From NCBI GenBank assembly GCA_020025545.1, contig JAHHRX010000005.1, forward strand, positions 29,691 through 93,690: 64,000 bases of DNA. The letters are read 5' to 3'. Shown here in pieces: positions 1-10,540 of the stretch; positions within the stretch are counted from its first letter, which is position 1; each line of letters begins with the position of its first letter. The translations under genes were made by a program, and so were the position numbers. The notes under the pieces are model-generated. The model ran no database searches and was not told the origin of the DNA. It saw only the letters and a list, made by a program, of their open reading frames with translations. The stretch comes from Oscillospiraceae bacterium. GTDB taxonomy: Bacteria; Bacillota; Clostridia; Oscillospirales; Oscillospiraceae.

Positions 1-1
1 A

Positions 2-496
2 AAGATCAACGCTGCCGGAATCACCACCCACTTTGTAAGTGCCGACCTCGATAACACCACCATGGAAGTAAAGCCCGCCAAGACTTTCGGCAAGGGTCTG
101 GAGGTCATCTGCCGCTACAAAGCAGTCGGTTCCTTCTTCCGCCGCTACTCCGATTACATTGAAGAGGGTGCCGATCTCCCCGCCTATGTGGAGACGACCT
201 TCAAGAACGACGAAAAGGGCGATCCTCTGGTCACCAAGGACGGTCTCGTCGATCTGGGCGTTATGTCCGCAGAACAGTACGACGAGCTCAAGGCCATGAC
301 CCAGTCCATCACCCGGATCGTTGCTGACGACCTCAAGGAAAAGGGTCTGGAGCTTTACGACATCAAGTTTGAGTTTGGCTACGATCCTAGCGGCAATGTA
401 ATGCTGATCGACGAGATCTCCTCCGGCAATATGCGCTGCTACAAAGACGGCGCTTATGTGGATCCGCTGACCCTCAATCGTCTTTTCTTTGCATAA
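2..496 (+). CDS. purC: Phosphoribosylaminoimidazole-succinocarboxamide synthase (5'-truncated by window edge)
   Basis: Open frame from the window start. LEVICR, DIKFEFG and LIDEIS SAICAR synthetase motifs; heads the pur cluster. Confidence 0.93.
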   Translation, partial: KINAAGITTHFVSADLDNTTMEVKPAKTFGKGLEVICRYKAVGSFFRRYSDYIEEGADLPAYVETTFKNDEKGDPLVTKDGLVDLGVMSAEQYDELKAMTQSITRIVADDLKEKGLELYDIKFEFGYDPSGNVMLIDEISSGNMRCYKDGAYVDPLTLNRLFFA

Positions 497-524
497 AAAC
501 CCAAAGCGAAAGGAGGCTTAGACT

Positions 525-1946
525 ATGGGCGGTTTTTTCGGAGCCATCACCCACAAAGACTGCGTATTTGATGTATTCTTCGGCGCAGACTATCATTCCC
601 ATCTGGGCTCCCGCCGGGGCGGCATGGCCTTCTACGACGAGGAGCGGGGCTTTCAGCGCCAGATCCATAACATTGAAAACACCCCTTTCCGCACAAAATT
701 TGAAGCGGATTTGGGAAAATTCCGGGGATGCGCCGGCATTGGCTGCATTTCCGACACCGATCCCCAGCCTCTTTTGGTTCGTTCCCATCTGGGAATGTTC
801 GCCATCACCACCATCGGCATCATCCGCAACGCTGAGACGCTGGTGGAGCAGACCTTCTCCGGCCCCGGCCATCAGTTTATGGCCATGTCCTCCGGCGAAG
901 TGAACCCCACCGAGCTTACCGCCGCACTCATTAACCAATGCGGCGATTTGGTGTCCGGCATCCGCCACGCTCAGGATGTGATCGACGGCTCCTGCACCAT
1001 GCTTCTGCTGCAAAAGGATGCCATCATTGCCGCCCGGGACAAGGTCGGCCGCCTCCCGGTGCTGGTAGGCAAAAGTGAAAACGGATGCTGCGTATCCTTT
1101 GAATCCTTTGCTTATCAGAAGCTGGGATACGAAGATTACTACGAGCTGGGCCCCGGCGAAATCGTTCGAATCACCCGGGACGGCGTGGAGCAGCTGGCGG
1201 CGCCCGGAGAAAAGCGCCGGATCTGCGCATTCCTCTGGTCCTACTACGGCTACCCCAATTCCACCTACGAGGGGCGGAATGTGGAAATCATGCGCTGCCG
1301 CAACGGCGAGATCATGGCCCGGGAAGAAGAAAAAACGGGCTGTCTGCCGGATGTGGACTATGTGGCAGGTGTGCCGGATTCTGGCGTGCCCCATGCCATC
1401 GGCTATGCCAATTACAGTCACAAGCCCTTCGCCCGTCCTTTCGTAAAATACACCCCCACCTGGTCCCGTTCCTTCACCCCTGCCAATCAGACGGTGCGGA
1501 ATCTGGTGGCTGAAATGAAGCAGATTCCGGTTGCAGAGCTGATTGACGGGAAAAAGCTGCTGTTTGTGGACGATTCCATCGTCCGCGGCACACAGCTGCG
1601 GGAAACCGTGGATTTTCTCTATCACTGCGGTGCCAAGGAAGTGCATATGCGCTCCGCCTGCCCTCCCATAATGTACGCCTGCAAATACCTGAATTTCTCC
1701 CGGAGCAATTCCGACATGGAGCTTCTCTGCCGTCGGGTCATCGACGAGCTGGAGGGCGACGAGGGGCAGAAGCATTTGGACGAATATTCCGACAGCGCCA
1801 CCTGCCGCGGGCAGTGTATGCGCAAGGCCATCTGCAAGCAAATGGGCTTTGATTCTCTGGAATATCAGTCCCTCGACGGACTTTTGGAAGCAATCGGGCT
1901 GGATCCCGATACGGTCTGCACCTACTGCTGGACCGGCAAAGAATAA
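525..1946 (+). CDS. purF: Amidophosphoribosyltransferase with degenerate glutaminase domain
   Basis: GVPDSG and VDDSIVRGT PRTase motifs; SACPP and CTYC Fe-S cysteines; GGAGG RBS. N-terminus is MGGFFG and lacks the catalytic Cys. Confidence 0.93.
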   Translation: MGGFFGAITHKDCVFDVFFGADYHSHLGSRRGGMAFYDEERGFQRQIHNIENTPFRTKFEADLGKFRGCAGIGCISDTDPQPLLVRSHLGMFAITTIGIIRNAETLVEQTFSGPGHQFMAMSSGEVNPTELTAALINQCGDLVSGIRHAQDVIDGSCTMLLLQKDAIIAARDKVGRLPVLVGKSENGCCVSFESFAYQKLGYEDYYELGPGEIVRITRDGVEQLAAPGEKRRICAFLWSYYGYPNSTYEGRNVEIMRCRNGEIMAREEEKTGCLPDVDYVAGVPDSGVPHAIGYANYSHKPFARPFVKYTPTWSRSFTPANQTVRNLVAEMKQIPVAELIDGKKLLFVDDSIVRGTQLRETVDFLYHCGAKEVHMRSACPPIMYACKYLNFSRSNSDMELLCRRVIDELEGDEGQKHLDEYSDSATCRGQCMRKAICKQMGFDSLEYQSLDGLLEAIGLDPDTVCTYCWTGKE

Positions 1947-1971
1947 CTATTTTGTGAAAAGGAGCTTTATC

Positions 1972-3021
1972 ATGGATCACAAAAACTCCCAGTCTGCCAG
2001 TTACGCTGCTGCCGGTGTGGACATCACCGCCGGCTATAAATCCGTGGAGCTGATGAAAAAGCACATTGCCCGCACCCGCAACGAAGGATGTCTCGACGAT
2101 GTAGGCGGCTTCGGCGGATGCTTCGGTCTGAACCTTGCGGGCATGGAAGAGCCCGTGCTGGTATCCGGCACCGACGGTGTCGGCACCAAGCTGAAAATCG
2201 CCATGCTGATGGACAAGCACGACACCATCGGCATCGACTGTGTCGCCATGTGCGTCAACGATGTTATCTGCTGCGGCGCAAAGCCTCTTTTCTTTCTGGA
2301 CTATATCGCCTGCGGCAAAAATGTGCCGGAGAAGATTGCCCAGATCGTTGCCGGCGTGGCAGAGGGCTGTGTACAGTCCGGCAGCGCCCTCATCGGCGGT
2401 GAGACTGCAGAGCATCCCGGTATGATGGCCGAGGATGACTACGATCTGGCAGGTTTCAGCGTCGGCATGGTGGACAAGAAGAAAATCATTGACAATACCG
2501 CCACACGCCCCGGAGATACGGTGATCGCACTGGCATCCTCCGGCGTGCATTCCAACGGCTTCAGCCTAGTGCGGAAGGTCTTTGACGTGGAGCACAACCC
2601 CGAGCTTATGATTCCCCGTGCAGATTTGGGCGGAAAGTCTCTGGGTGAAGCCCTGCTGACCCCCACCAAAATCTATGTCAAATCCGTGCTGGCTCTGCTG
2701 GAAAAGGTCCATGTCCGGGGCATTTCCCACATTACCGGCGGCGGCTTCTACGAAAATGTTCCCCGCTGCATCCCAGACGGTCTTTGCGCCAGAATTGACG
2801 AAAGCGCCATTCAGATACTTCCTATTTTCCGTCTGATCCAGGAAACCGGAAACATTCCCATGCGGGATATGTTCAACACCTTTAACATGGGCGTGGGCAT
2901 GGTGATCGTGGTTCCCGAGGCAGAAGTCAAGGAAGCGCTGGCAATTCTCACCGACTGCGGAGAGGATGCCTATGTCATCGGCACCATTACCGAAGGCAGT
3001 GAAAAGGTGGTTCTGGCATGA
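1972..3021 (+). CDS. purM: AIR synthetase
   Basis: YAAAGVD, GTDGVGTK, GGETAEHPG, SSGVHSNG and TFNMGVG motifs; AAGGAG RBS before ATG 1972. Confidence 0.97.
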   Translation: MDHKNSQSASYAAAGVDITAGYKSVELMKKHIARTRNEGCLDDVGGFGGCFGLNLAGMEEPVLVSGTDGVGTKLKIAMLMDKHDTIGIDCVAMCVNDVICCGAKPLFFLDYIACGKNVPEKIAQIVAGVAEGCVQSGSALIGGETAEHPGMMAEDDYDLAGFSVGMVDKKKIIDNTATRPGDTVIALASSGVHSNGFSLVRKVFDVEHNPELMIPRADLGGKSLGEALLTPTKIYVKSVLALLEKVHVRGISHITGGGFYENVPRCIPDGLCARIDESAIQILPIFRLIQETGNIPMRDMFNTFNMGVGMVIVVPEAEVKEALAILTDCGEDAYVIGTITEGSEKVVLA

Positions 3022-3623
3022 AAATGCAGATAGCCGTTCTGGTCAGCGGCGGCGGCACCAACCTGCAGGCGCTTATCGATGCGCAGGGAAACACCCTCAC
3101 CAGCGGTGAAATTGCCGTAGTGATTTCCGGAAATCCCAACGCCTATGCCCTGCAAAGAGCGCAAAATGCCCATATCGCCACGGAAATTGTGGAGAAAAAG
3201 CGCTGCGGCTCTCAGGAAGCCTTTGAAGCGGCTATCGAAGCCGTTCTGTGCCGCTACAAAATCGATGTGATCGTGCTGGCAGGATTTATGACAATCCTTT
3301 CCGAAAATTTCACGAAAAAGCATCCCGGGCGCATTCTGAATATCCACCCCTCTCTGATTCCCAGCTTCTGCGGCGAAGGATTTTACGGTCTGCGGGTCCA
3401 CGAAGCCGCTTTGCGCCGCGGCGTGAAGGTTACCGGCGCCACCGTTCATTTTGTAAATGAGATTCCCGACGGCGGACAGATCATTGCCCAGAAGGCAGTG
3501 GATGTCCTCCCCGGAGACACCCCCGAATCGCTGCAAAAACGGGTCATGGAGCAGGCAGAATGGATTCTTTTGCCCCAGGCCACAGAGGCGGTCTGCGCCG
3601 CTTTACAGGAGGAAACGCTATGA
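3018..3623 (+). CDS. purN: GAR formyltransferase
   Basis: VLVSGGGTNLQAL, NIHPSL and GATVHFV motifs. Confidence 0.97.
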   Translation: MKMQIAVLVSGGGTNLQALIDAQGNTLTSGEIAVVISGNPNAYALQRAQNAHIATEIVEKKRCGSQEAFEAAIEAVLCRYKIDVIVLAGFMTILSENFTKKHPGRILNIHPSLIPSFCGEGFYGLRVHEAALRRGVKVTGATVHFVNEIPDGGQIIAQKAVDVLPGDTPESLQKRVMEQAEWILLPQATEAVCAALQEETL

Positions 3624-4339
3624 ACATCTATGAAATTCCGTCCGCCCATCAGATTCTCCGGGGCAACCGTTACCCCGGCAGAGGCATCATCATCGGCAAG
3701 ACCCCGGACGGGGAAAATGCCGCTGTATGCTACTTTATCATGGGCCGCAGTGCCAACAGCCGCAACCGGATTTTTGCACAGGAAGGCGACTGCGTCTACA
3801 CCCGTACCTTTGACATTTCCAAGGTGGAAGACCCCAGCCTCATTATCTACGCCGCTCTGCGTTCCTTTGAAAATCAGCTGATCGTCACCAACGGTGACCA
3901 GACGGATACCGTCTACGATGCTCTTTCCGCCGGAAAGAGCTTTGAAGATGCCCTTGCACAGCGGGAATTCGAGCCGGACGCCCCCAATTTCACCCCTCGG
4001 ATCAGCGGTCTTTTGACCTTTGAAAACGGTGATTTTTCCTACAAAATGAGCATTCTCAAATCCGGCGACCCGGAAGGATGCTTCTGCAATCGGTTCTTCT
4101 ATTACTACACTGCGCAGCCGGGTCTGGGCCATTTTCTCCACACCTATGACTGCGACGGAAGCCCCATTCCTCCCTTCCAGGGAGAGCCGGAGCGGATCGC
4201 CATTGACGATAACATCGACAGCATGACCGAAAATCTCTGGCAGAGCCTCGACAGTGAAAACAAGATCTCTCTGTATGTGCGTTATGTAAACTTAAAATCC
4301 GGTGAAATTACCAATCGGATGAAAAATAAAAACAACTAA
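3620..4339 (+). CDS. PurO-like (archaeal-type) IMP cyclohydrolase
   Basis: YPGRGI, YFIMGRS, VTNGDQTD and EPDAPNFTPRISG motifs; GGAGG RBS before ATG 3620; sits directly upstream of a PurH lacking its IMPCH domain. Confidence 0.85.
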   Translation: MNIYEIPSAHQILRGNRYPGRGIIIGKTPDGENAAVCYFIMGRSANSRNRIFAQEGDCVYTRTFDISKVEDPSLIIYAALRSFENQLIVTNGDQTDTVYDALSAGKSFEDALAQREFEPDAPNFTPRISGLLTFENGDFSYKMSILKSGDPEGCFCNRFFYYYTAQPGLGHFLHTYDCDGSPIPPFQGEPERIAIDDNIDSMTENLWQSLDSENKISLYVRYVNLKSGEITNRMKNKNN

Positions 4340-4372
4340 AACAATCTGCGTCTTGCATGGGAGGGTTTCAAC

Positions 4373-5557
4373 ATGAACGAATTTGAACTGAAATACGGCT
4401 GCAATCCCAATCAGAAGCCTGCAAAAATCTTTATGGCAGACGGAAGCGAGCTGCCCATCACCATCGAAAACGGCCGCCCCGGCTACATCAATTTTCTGGA
4501 TGCCCTGAACAGCTGGCAGCTGGTAAAGGAGCTGAAAGAGGCCACGGGACTGTGCGCCGCTGCTTCTTTTAAGCATGTTTCCCCCACCTCCGCCTCCGTG
4601 GGACGGGTGCTGCCCCCGGAGCTTAAGAAAGCCTGCTTCGTAGAGGACATTCCGGGTCTGGACGATTCTCCTCTGGCCTGTGCCTACGCAAGAGCCAGAG
4701 GCACTGACCGCATGAGCTCCTTCGGAGACTGGGTTGCCCTGTCCGATGTCTGCGATGAAACCACCGCCCGGCTCATTGCCCGTGAGGTTTCCGACGGCGT
4801 GATCGCTCCCGGCTATGATGCCAAGGCACTGGAAATTCTCAAGACCAAGCGCAAGGGTAACTACAACATCGTCACCATTGACCCCGACTATGTCCCCGAG
4901 GAAACCGAATGCAAGCAGGTTTACGGCATCACCTTCCGGCAGGGCAGAAATTCCGTGAAAATTGATGCATCCCTGCTGCAAAATGTGGTGACCGAGAATA
5001 AAGAACTTCCGGAAAGCGCCAAGCTGGATCTGGTCGTGGCCCTCATCACCCTGAAATACACCCAGTCCAATTCCGTCTGCTACGCCTATGACGGTCAGGC
5101 CATCGGTGTGGGCGCAGGACAGCAGTCCCGCATCCACTGCACCCGGCTGGCAGGCTCCAAGGCTGACACCTGGTTCCTGCGTCAGCATCCTCTGACTCTG
5201 GCCCTTCCCTTCCGGGAAGACATTGCCCGCCCGGTTCGTGACAATGTAATCGACGGCTACATCAACGGCAACGAGGAGGATGTCTGCGCCGAGGGCATCT
5301 GGCAGAAGTATTTCACCTGCCGCCCCCAGTACCTCACCGCCGAAGAAAAGCGCAGCTGGCTGTCTCAGCGCTCCGGCGTGAGCCTTGGCTCCGATGCCTT
5401 CTTCCCCTTCCCCGACAACATCCAGAGAGCCTGTGCCTCCGGTGTTTCCTACATCGCTCAGCCCGGCGGCTCCCTGCGGGACAATCTGGTGATTGACGAG
5501 TGCAACGCCCGCAATGCCGTCATGGCCTTCACGGGTCTGCGGCTGTTCCACCACTAA
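4373..5557 (+). CDS. purH: AICAR formyltransferase (PurH without N-terminal IMP cyclohydrolase domain)
   Basis: Starts at LKYGCNPNQ; SFKHVSP, GAGQQSR, SDAFFPF and QPGGS motifs. Confidence 0.93.
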   Translation: MNEFELKYGCNPNQKPAKIFMADGSELPITIENGRPGYINFLDALNSWQLVKELKEATGLCAAASFKHVSPTSASVGRVLPPELKKACFVEDIPGLDDSPLACAYARARGTDRMSSFGDWVALSDVCDETTARLIAREVSDGVIAPGYDAKALEILKTKRKGNYNIVTIDPDYVPEETECKQVYGITFRQGRNSVKIDASLLQNVVTENKELPESAKLDLVVALITLKYTQSNSVCYAYDGQAIGVGAGQQSRIHCTRLAGSKADTWFLRQHPLTLALPFREDIARPVRDNVIDGYINGNEEDVCAEGIWQKYFTCRPQYLTAEEKRSWLSQRSGVSLGSDAFFPFPDNIQRACASGVSYIAQPGGSLRDNLVIDECNARNAVMAFTGLRLFHH

Positions 5558-5567
5558 GGAGGATTTC

Positions 5568-6833
5568 ATGAAAATTCTGGTTGTGGGCAGCGGCGGAAGA
5601 GAACACGCCATCATCAAAGCCCTGAAGAAAAATCCGCAGGCGGAAACTATCTATGCCCTTCCCGGAAACGGCGGCATGGCCGGTGATGCCGTCTGTGTTG
5701 ATATCGCAGCCACGGATCTTGACGGAATCGTTCAGTTTGCCGTGGAGCAGAAAATCGACTACGCCGTTGTAACGCCGGACGATCCGCTGGTTCTGGGCTG
5801 TGTAGACCGGCTGAACGAAGCCGGAATCCCCTGCTTCGGCCCCAATGCCAACGCCGCCTTGATTGAAGGCAGCAAGGCCTTTGCCAAGGAACTTATGCAC
5901 AAATACGGCATTCCCACCGCCGCCTGCGAGATTTTCACAAATCTGGCAGATGCGCTTTCCTATCTGGACACCGCGCCCCTGCCTGCGGTCATCAAGGCCG
6001 ACGGTCTTGCGCTGGGAAAAGGTGTTATCATCGCCGCCACCCGTCAGGAGGCCAAAGATGCCGTCCGGGATATGATGGAAAACGCCAAATTCGGTGCCAG
6101 CGGCAAAACCGTGGTGATTGAGGAATTTCTCACCGGCCCGGAGGTCTCCGTGCTGGCCTTCACCGACGGCAAAACGCTGAAGCCTATGGTTTCTTCCATG
6201 GATCACAAGCGCATCGGGGACGGCGACACCGGTCTCAACACCGGCGGCATGGGTGCCATTGCCCCCAATCCCTACTACACGGAGGAGATTGCCCGGCGGT
6301 GCATGGATGAAATTTTTCTTCCCACCATGGCGGCTATGAATGCCGAGGGCCGCACCTTCCGGGGATGCCTCTACTTCGGTCTGATGCTCACCCCCGACGG
6401 CCCCAAGGTCATCGAATATAACTGCCGTTTCGGCGATCCCGAAACCCAGGCGGTGCTTCCCCTGCTGAAAAGCGACCTGCTGACAGTGATGCAGGCCGTC
6501 ACGCAGGAGCGTCTGGCTCAGGTCAGCGTGGAATTTTCCAAGGAATATTCCTGCTGTGTGGTCACAGCCTCTCAGGGCTACCCCACCGCCTACCAGAAGG
6601 GCTTCCCCATCACCATGACAGAGGAGGCCGCCGCCCATACCTATGTGGCAGGTGCCAAGCTGGCAGACGGCCGGCTTGTGACCGCCGGCGGGCGGGTCAC
6701 CGGCACCACTGCCGTGGCAGGCACTCTGGATGATGCCATCAAAGAGGCCTACCGCCTTGCTGAGGGCGTTCAATTCCAAAATGCCTATCGCAGAAGTGAT
6801 ATCGGTCAGCGCGGTCTGGCCGCTTGCAAATAA
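5568..6833 (+). CDS. purD: Phosphoribosylamine-glycine ligase
   Basis: MKILVVGSGGREHA, KADGLALGKGV, NTGGMGA and EYNCRFGDPE motifs; AAGGAGG RBS. Confidence 0.97.
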   Translation: MKILVVGSGGREHAIIKALKKNPQAETIYALPGNGGMAGDAVCVDIAATDLDGIVQFAVEQKIDYAVVTPDDPLVLGCVDRLNEAGIPCFGPNANAALIEGSKAFAKELMHKYGIPTAACEIFTNLADALSYLDTAPLPAVIKADGLALGKGVIIAATRQEAKDAVRDMMENAKFGASGKTVVIEEFLTGPEVSVLAFTDGKTLKPMVSSMDHKRIGDGDTGLNTGGMGAIAPNPYYTEEIARRCMDEIFLPTMAAMNAEGRTFRGCLYFGLMLTPDGPKVIEYNCRFGDPETQAVLPLLKSDLLTVMQAVTQERLAQVSVEFSKEYSCCVVTASQGYPTAYQKGFPITMTEEAAAHTYVAGAKLADGRLVTAGGRVTGTTAVAGTLDDAIKEAYRLAEGVQFQNAYRRSDIGQRGLAACK

Positions 6834-6845
6834 GGAGGATATTCC

Positions 6846-9800
6846 ATGGTTTATCGTGTATATGTTGAGAAAAAGCCCTCCGAGGCTCACGAAGCCGCTG
6901 CTCTCAGAGAGGAAATCCGGGAGTTTTTGCAGATCCGTGGTCTGCGTGATGTGCGGATTCTCAATCGCTACGATGTGGAGGGCATCGATGAAGCCCTGTT
7001 CCGCTACGCCGTAAACACGGTTTTTTCCGAGCCTCAGCTGGATACCGTCACCTATGAAGCCCCTCAGGGGCAGGTGGTTTTTGCCGCCGAACCTCTGCCC
7101 GGTCAGTTTGACCAGCGGGCAGATTCCGCCGCTCAGTGTATCCAGATCCTTTCTCAGGCAAAGCGCCCCACTGTGCGCACAGCCAAAGTTTATGTGCTCT
7201 CGGGCGATCTTTCCGAGGAGGACATCCGCACCATCCGCCACCATGTCATTAACCCCGTGGAGGCCCGGGAAGCATCCCTTGATATGCCCGAAAAGCTGGA
7301 TGCCGCCGTCACCGCCCCTGAAAGTGTGGAAACCGTAAAGGATTTTCTGGAGCTGGACAGCGACGGACTTTCTGCGCTTCTTTCGAAGCTGGGCCTTGCC
7401 ATGGATCTGGAGGATCTTCTGTTCTGCCAGAACTATTTCCGCAAGGAGGGCAGAGCCCCTACCATGACGGAGATCCGCATCATCGATACCTACTGGTCGG
7501 ATCACTGCCGCCACACCACCTTCCTCACCACCATCGATTCCGTTCGCTTTGAAGATCCCCTTCTGCAAAGCGCTTACGACGAATATCTGGCCACCCGTGC
7601 CTCTCTGGGCCGCACCAAGCCCATTAACCTCATGGACATCGGCACTCTGGCAGGAAAATATCTTCACAAAGCAGGATATCTCGACAAGCTGGACGAGTCC
7701 GAAGAAATCAACGCCTGCACCGTCCGCATGAGCGTCACCGTTGACGGCAAGGAGGAGCCGTGGCTTCTGCTGTTCAAGAATGAAACCCACAACCATCCCA
7801 CGGAGATTGAGCCCTTCGGCGGTGCCGCCACCTGCATCGGCGGTGCTATCCGGGATCCGCTGGCAAGCCGTGCCTATGTCTACGCCGCCATGCGTGTCAC
7901 CGGTGCCGCTGATCCCTTAAAGAGTGTTTCCGAGACTCTGCCCGGCAAGCTCCCCCAGCGCAAGATCGTCACCACCGCCGCCAACGGCTATTCCTCCTAC
8001 GGCAACCAGATCGGCCTTGCCACCGGCATGGTAGATGAAATCTACCACCCGGGCTATGCCGCCAAGCGTATGGAAATCGGTGCCGTAATAGCCGCCGTTC
8101 CCGAAAAGAATGTCCGCAGAGAACGCCCCGCTCCCGGGGATCTGGTCATCCTGCTGGGCGGACGCACCGGTCGGGACGGATGCGGCGGTGCCACCGGCTC
8201 CTCCAAGAGCCACACGGCTTCTTCTCTGGAGACCTGCGGCGCAGAAGTGCAGAAGGGCAATGCCCCTGAGGAGCGGAAGCTCCAGCGGATGCTTCGCAAT
8301 CCCGAGGCCTCCCGGATGATCAAGCGCTGCAACGATTTCGGCGCCGGCGGCGTGTCCGTCGCCATCGGTGAGCTGGCAGACGGTCTTACCATCGATCTCA
8401 ACAAGGTTCCCAAGAAGTACGAGGGACTTTCCGGCACGGAACTGGCTATTTCCGAATCTCAGGAGCGGATGGCCGTGGTGGTCGAGCGGGAAAACGCAGA
8501 GCGTTTTCTGGAGCTTGCCGCCGCAGAAAATCTGGAGGCCACGGTAGTGGCTGAGGTCACCGAGAACCCCCGTCTCAGAATGAACTGGAACGGTCAGCAG
8601 ATCTGCGACATCAGCCGGGAATTTTTGGATTCCAACGGCGCCGAAAAGCATATCACCGTAGAAATCGCCCCGCCCAAGCCTTACGCCCCGGAAATTTCCG
8701 GCGGATTTGCGGAAAACATGGAGCGCATCGCCTCCGATCTCAATACCTGCTCCAAGCGTGGCCTTTCCGAGCGGTTTGATTCCACCATCGGTGCCGGAAC
8801 GGTACTGATGCCCTTCGGCGGCAAATTCCAGCAGACCCCCATTCAGGCCATGGTTCACAAAGTGAGCCTGCCCGCCGGACATACCGATGACTGCTCTGTG
8901 ATGAGCTGGGGCTACAATCCCTTTATCAGTGAAAAGAGCCCCTTCCACGGGGCATATCTGGCAGTGGTGGAGTCCGCCGCCAAGCTGATCGCCGCCGGCG
9001 CATCCTTCCAGGATGTATATCTCACCTTCCAGGAGTATTTCCTCCGGGTTGCCAGAGACCCCAAGCGCTGGGGGCAGCCCATGGCAGCATTGCTGGGCGC
9101 TTTCAAGGCGCAGATGGATCTGAAGATCGCCGCCATCGGCGGCAAGGATTCCATGTCCGGCAGTTTTGAGCAGCTGGATGTGCCGCCCACGCTGGTTTCC
9201 TTCGCCGTTACCACCGAAAAGCTGGATCATATCGTTTCCAACGAGTTTAAGGCCGCCGGTCACAAGGTATACCTGCTGGCACCGGAGTATGACGAAAACG
9301 GTCTGCCCGTTCCCGCATCCCTCTTAAAGCTCTTTGACACCGTCACTGCCATGCTCCGCAGCGGCAAGGCTGTCTCCGCCTACACTTTGGGCATGGGCGG
9401 AGCCGGTGAAGCCGTTATGAAAATGGCCTTCGGCAACGGTCTGGGCTTCCGCTTCCGGGACGGCATTTCCATGGAGCAGCTCTTCGGCTGGGGCTACGGC
9501 AGCTTCCTGCTGGAGCTTTCCGAAGGCGACTGTGATGCAACAGAGCTCGGCATTACCACCGATGACGGAGCATTCTCCATGGGAGATACCTGCATCAGCG
9601 CCGAAAAGCTGCTGCATCTGTACGAAAACAAGCTGGAAAGCGTATTCCCCTGCAACATTGCCGATGCCGATATTCCTCTGGAAACCGTTTCCTCCCCGGC
9701 ATTGCCCCGGGTGGCGCCTGCCGTAAAGGTAGCAAAGCCCAGGGTTTTGATTCCTGTGTTCCCCGGCACCAACTGTGAGTATGACTCCGCACGGGCGGTA

Positions 9801-10532
9801 GCCGATGCCGGCGCAGAGCCTGAAATTTTCGTGGTGAAAAACCTCACCGCCGATGCGGTCAGCCGCAGCGTGGAGGAATTTGCCAGAAAGGTAGCCGATT
9901 CTCAGATAGTCTTTATTCCCGGCGGATTCTCCGGCGGCGACGAGCCGGACGGCTCCGGCAAATTCATCACAGCCTTCTTCCGCAATGCCGCCGTCAAGGA
10001 GGAAGTGACCCGCCTGCTGGAAAACCGGGACGGTCTGATGCTGGGCATCTGCAACGGCTTCCAGGCACTGATCAAGCTGGGTCTGGTGCCCTACGGCAAG
10101 ATCATGGACACGGATGAGACCTTTCCCACTCTGGCGCACAACTGCATCGGCCGTCACCAGAGCCGGATCGTCAGAACCCGGGTGGCCTCCAACCGCTCCC
10201 CGTGGCTGGCAAAGACGCAGGTGGGCGATGTATACAATGTGGCAATTTCCCACGGCGAGGGTCGCTTCTTTGCCGACGAGGCGCTGGCCCGCCGCCTGAT
10301 CGAAAACGGTCAGGTCGCCACCCAGTATGTAGATCTCTCCGGCAATGCCACCGCCGATGTTCGCTTCAATCCCAACGGCTCCCTCTTCGCCATTGAGGGT
10401 ATTACCTCCCCCGACGGCAGAGTGCTGGGCAAAATGGGCCACAGCGAGCGCTGGAATCAGGGTCTTTACAAAAATGTCCCCGGCTGCTACGAGATGAAGC
10501 TCTTCGAGTCTGCTGTGGAATACTTCCGCTGA
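6846..10532 (+). CDS. purL: Phosphoribosylformylglycinamidine synthase, large fused type
   Basis: WSDHCRH, ETHNHPTEIEPFGGA, GGFSGGD, GICNGFQ and MGHSER motifs; 1228 aa. Confidence 0.97.
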   Translation: MVYRVYVEKKPSEAHEAAALREEIREFLQIRGLRDVRILNRYDVEGIDEALFRYAVNTVFSEPQLDTVTYEAPQGQVVFAAEPLPGQFDQRADSAAQCIQILSQAKRPTVRTAKVYVLSGDLSEEDIRTIRHHVINPVEAREASLDMPEKLDAAVTAPESVETVKDFLELDSDGLSALLSKLGLAMDLEDLLFCQNYFRKEGRAPTMTEIRIIDTYWSDHCRHTTFLTTIDSVRFEDPLLQSAYDEYLATRASLGRTKPINLMDIGTLAGKYLHKAGYLDKLDESEEINACTVRMSVTVDGKEEPWLLLFKNETHNHPTEIEPFGGAATCIGGAIRDPLASRAYVYAAMRVTGAADPLKSVSETLPGKLPQRKIVTTAANGYSSYGNQIGLATGMVDEIYHPGYAAKRMEIGAVIAAVPEKNVRRERPAPGDLVILLGGRTGRDGCGGATGSSKSHTASSLETCGAEVQKGNAPEERKLQRMLRNPEASRMIKRCNDFGAGGVSVAIGELADGLTIDLNKVPKKYEGLSGTELAISESQERMAVVVERENAERFLELAAAENLEATVVAEVTENPRLRMNWNGQQICDISREFLDSNGAEKHITVEIAPPKPYAPEISGGFAENMERIASDLNTCSKRGLSERFDSTIGAGTVLMPFGGKFQQTPIQAMVHKVSLPAGHTDDCSVMSWGYNPFISEKSPFHGAYLAVVESAAKLIAAGASFQDVYLTFQEYFLRVARDPKRWGQPMAALLGAFKAQMDLKIAAIGGKDSMSGSFEQLDVPPTLVSFAVTTEKLDHIVSNEFKAAGHKVYLLAPEYDENGLPVPASLLKLFDTVTAMLRSGKAVSAYTLGMGGAGEAVMKMAFGNGLGFRFRDGISMEQLFGWGYGSFLLELSEGDCDATELGITTDDGAFSMGDTCISAEKLLHLYENKLESVFPCNIADADIPLETVSSPALPRVAPAVKVAKPRVLIPVFPGTNCEYDSARAVADAGAEPEIFVVKNLTADAVSRSVEEFARKVADSQIVFIPGGFSGGDEPDGSGKFITAFFRNAAVKEEVTRLLENRDGLMLGICNGFQALIKLGLVPYGKIMDTDETFPTLAHNCIGRHQSRIVRTRVASNRSPWLAKTQVGDVYNVAISHGEGRFFADEALARRLIENGQVATQYVDLSGNATADVRFNPNGSLFAIEGITSPDGRVLGKMGHSERWNQGLYKNVPGCYEMKLFESAVEYFR

Positions 10533-10540
10533 TAATTTTC

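Noticed and set aside
474..10442. Long antisense ORFs (e.g. 474-1841, 4292-5617, 5529-7796, 7917-9263; also 56419-58128)
   Set aside because: They lie opposite well-conserved genes and have no recognisable motifs or RBS; typical shadow ORFs of GC-biased codon usage.
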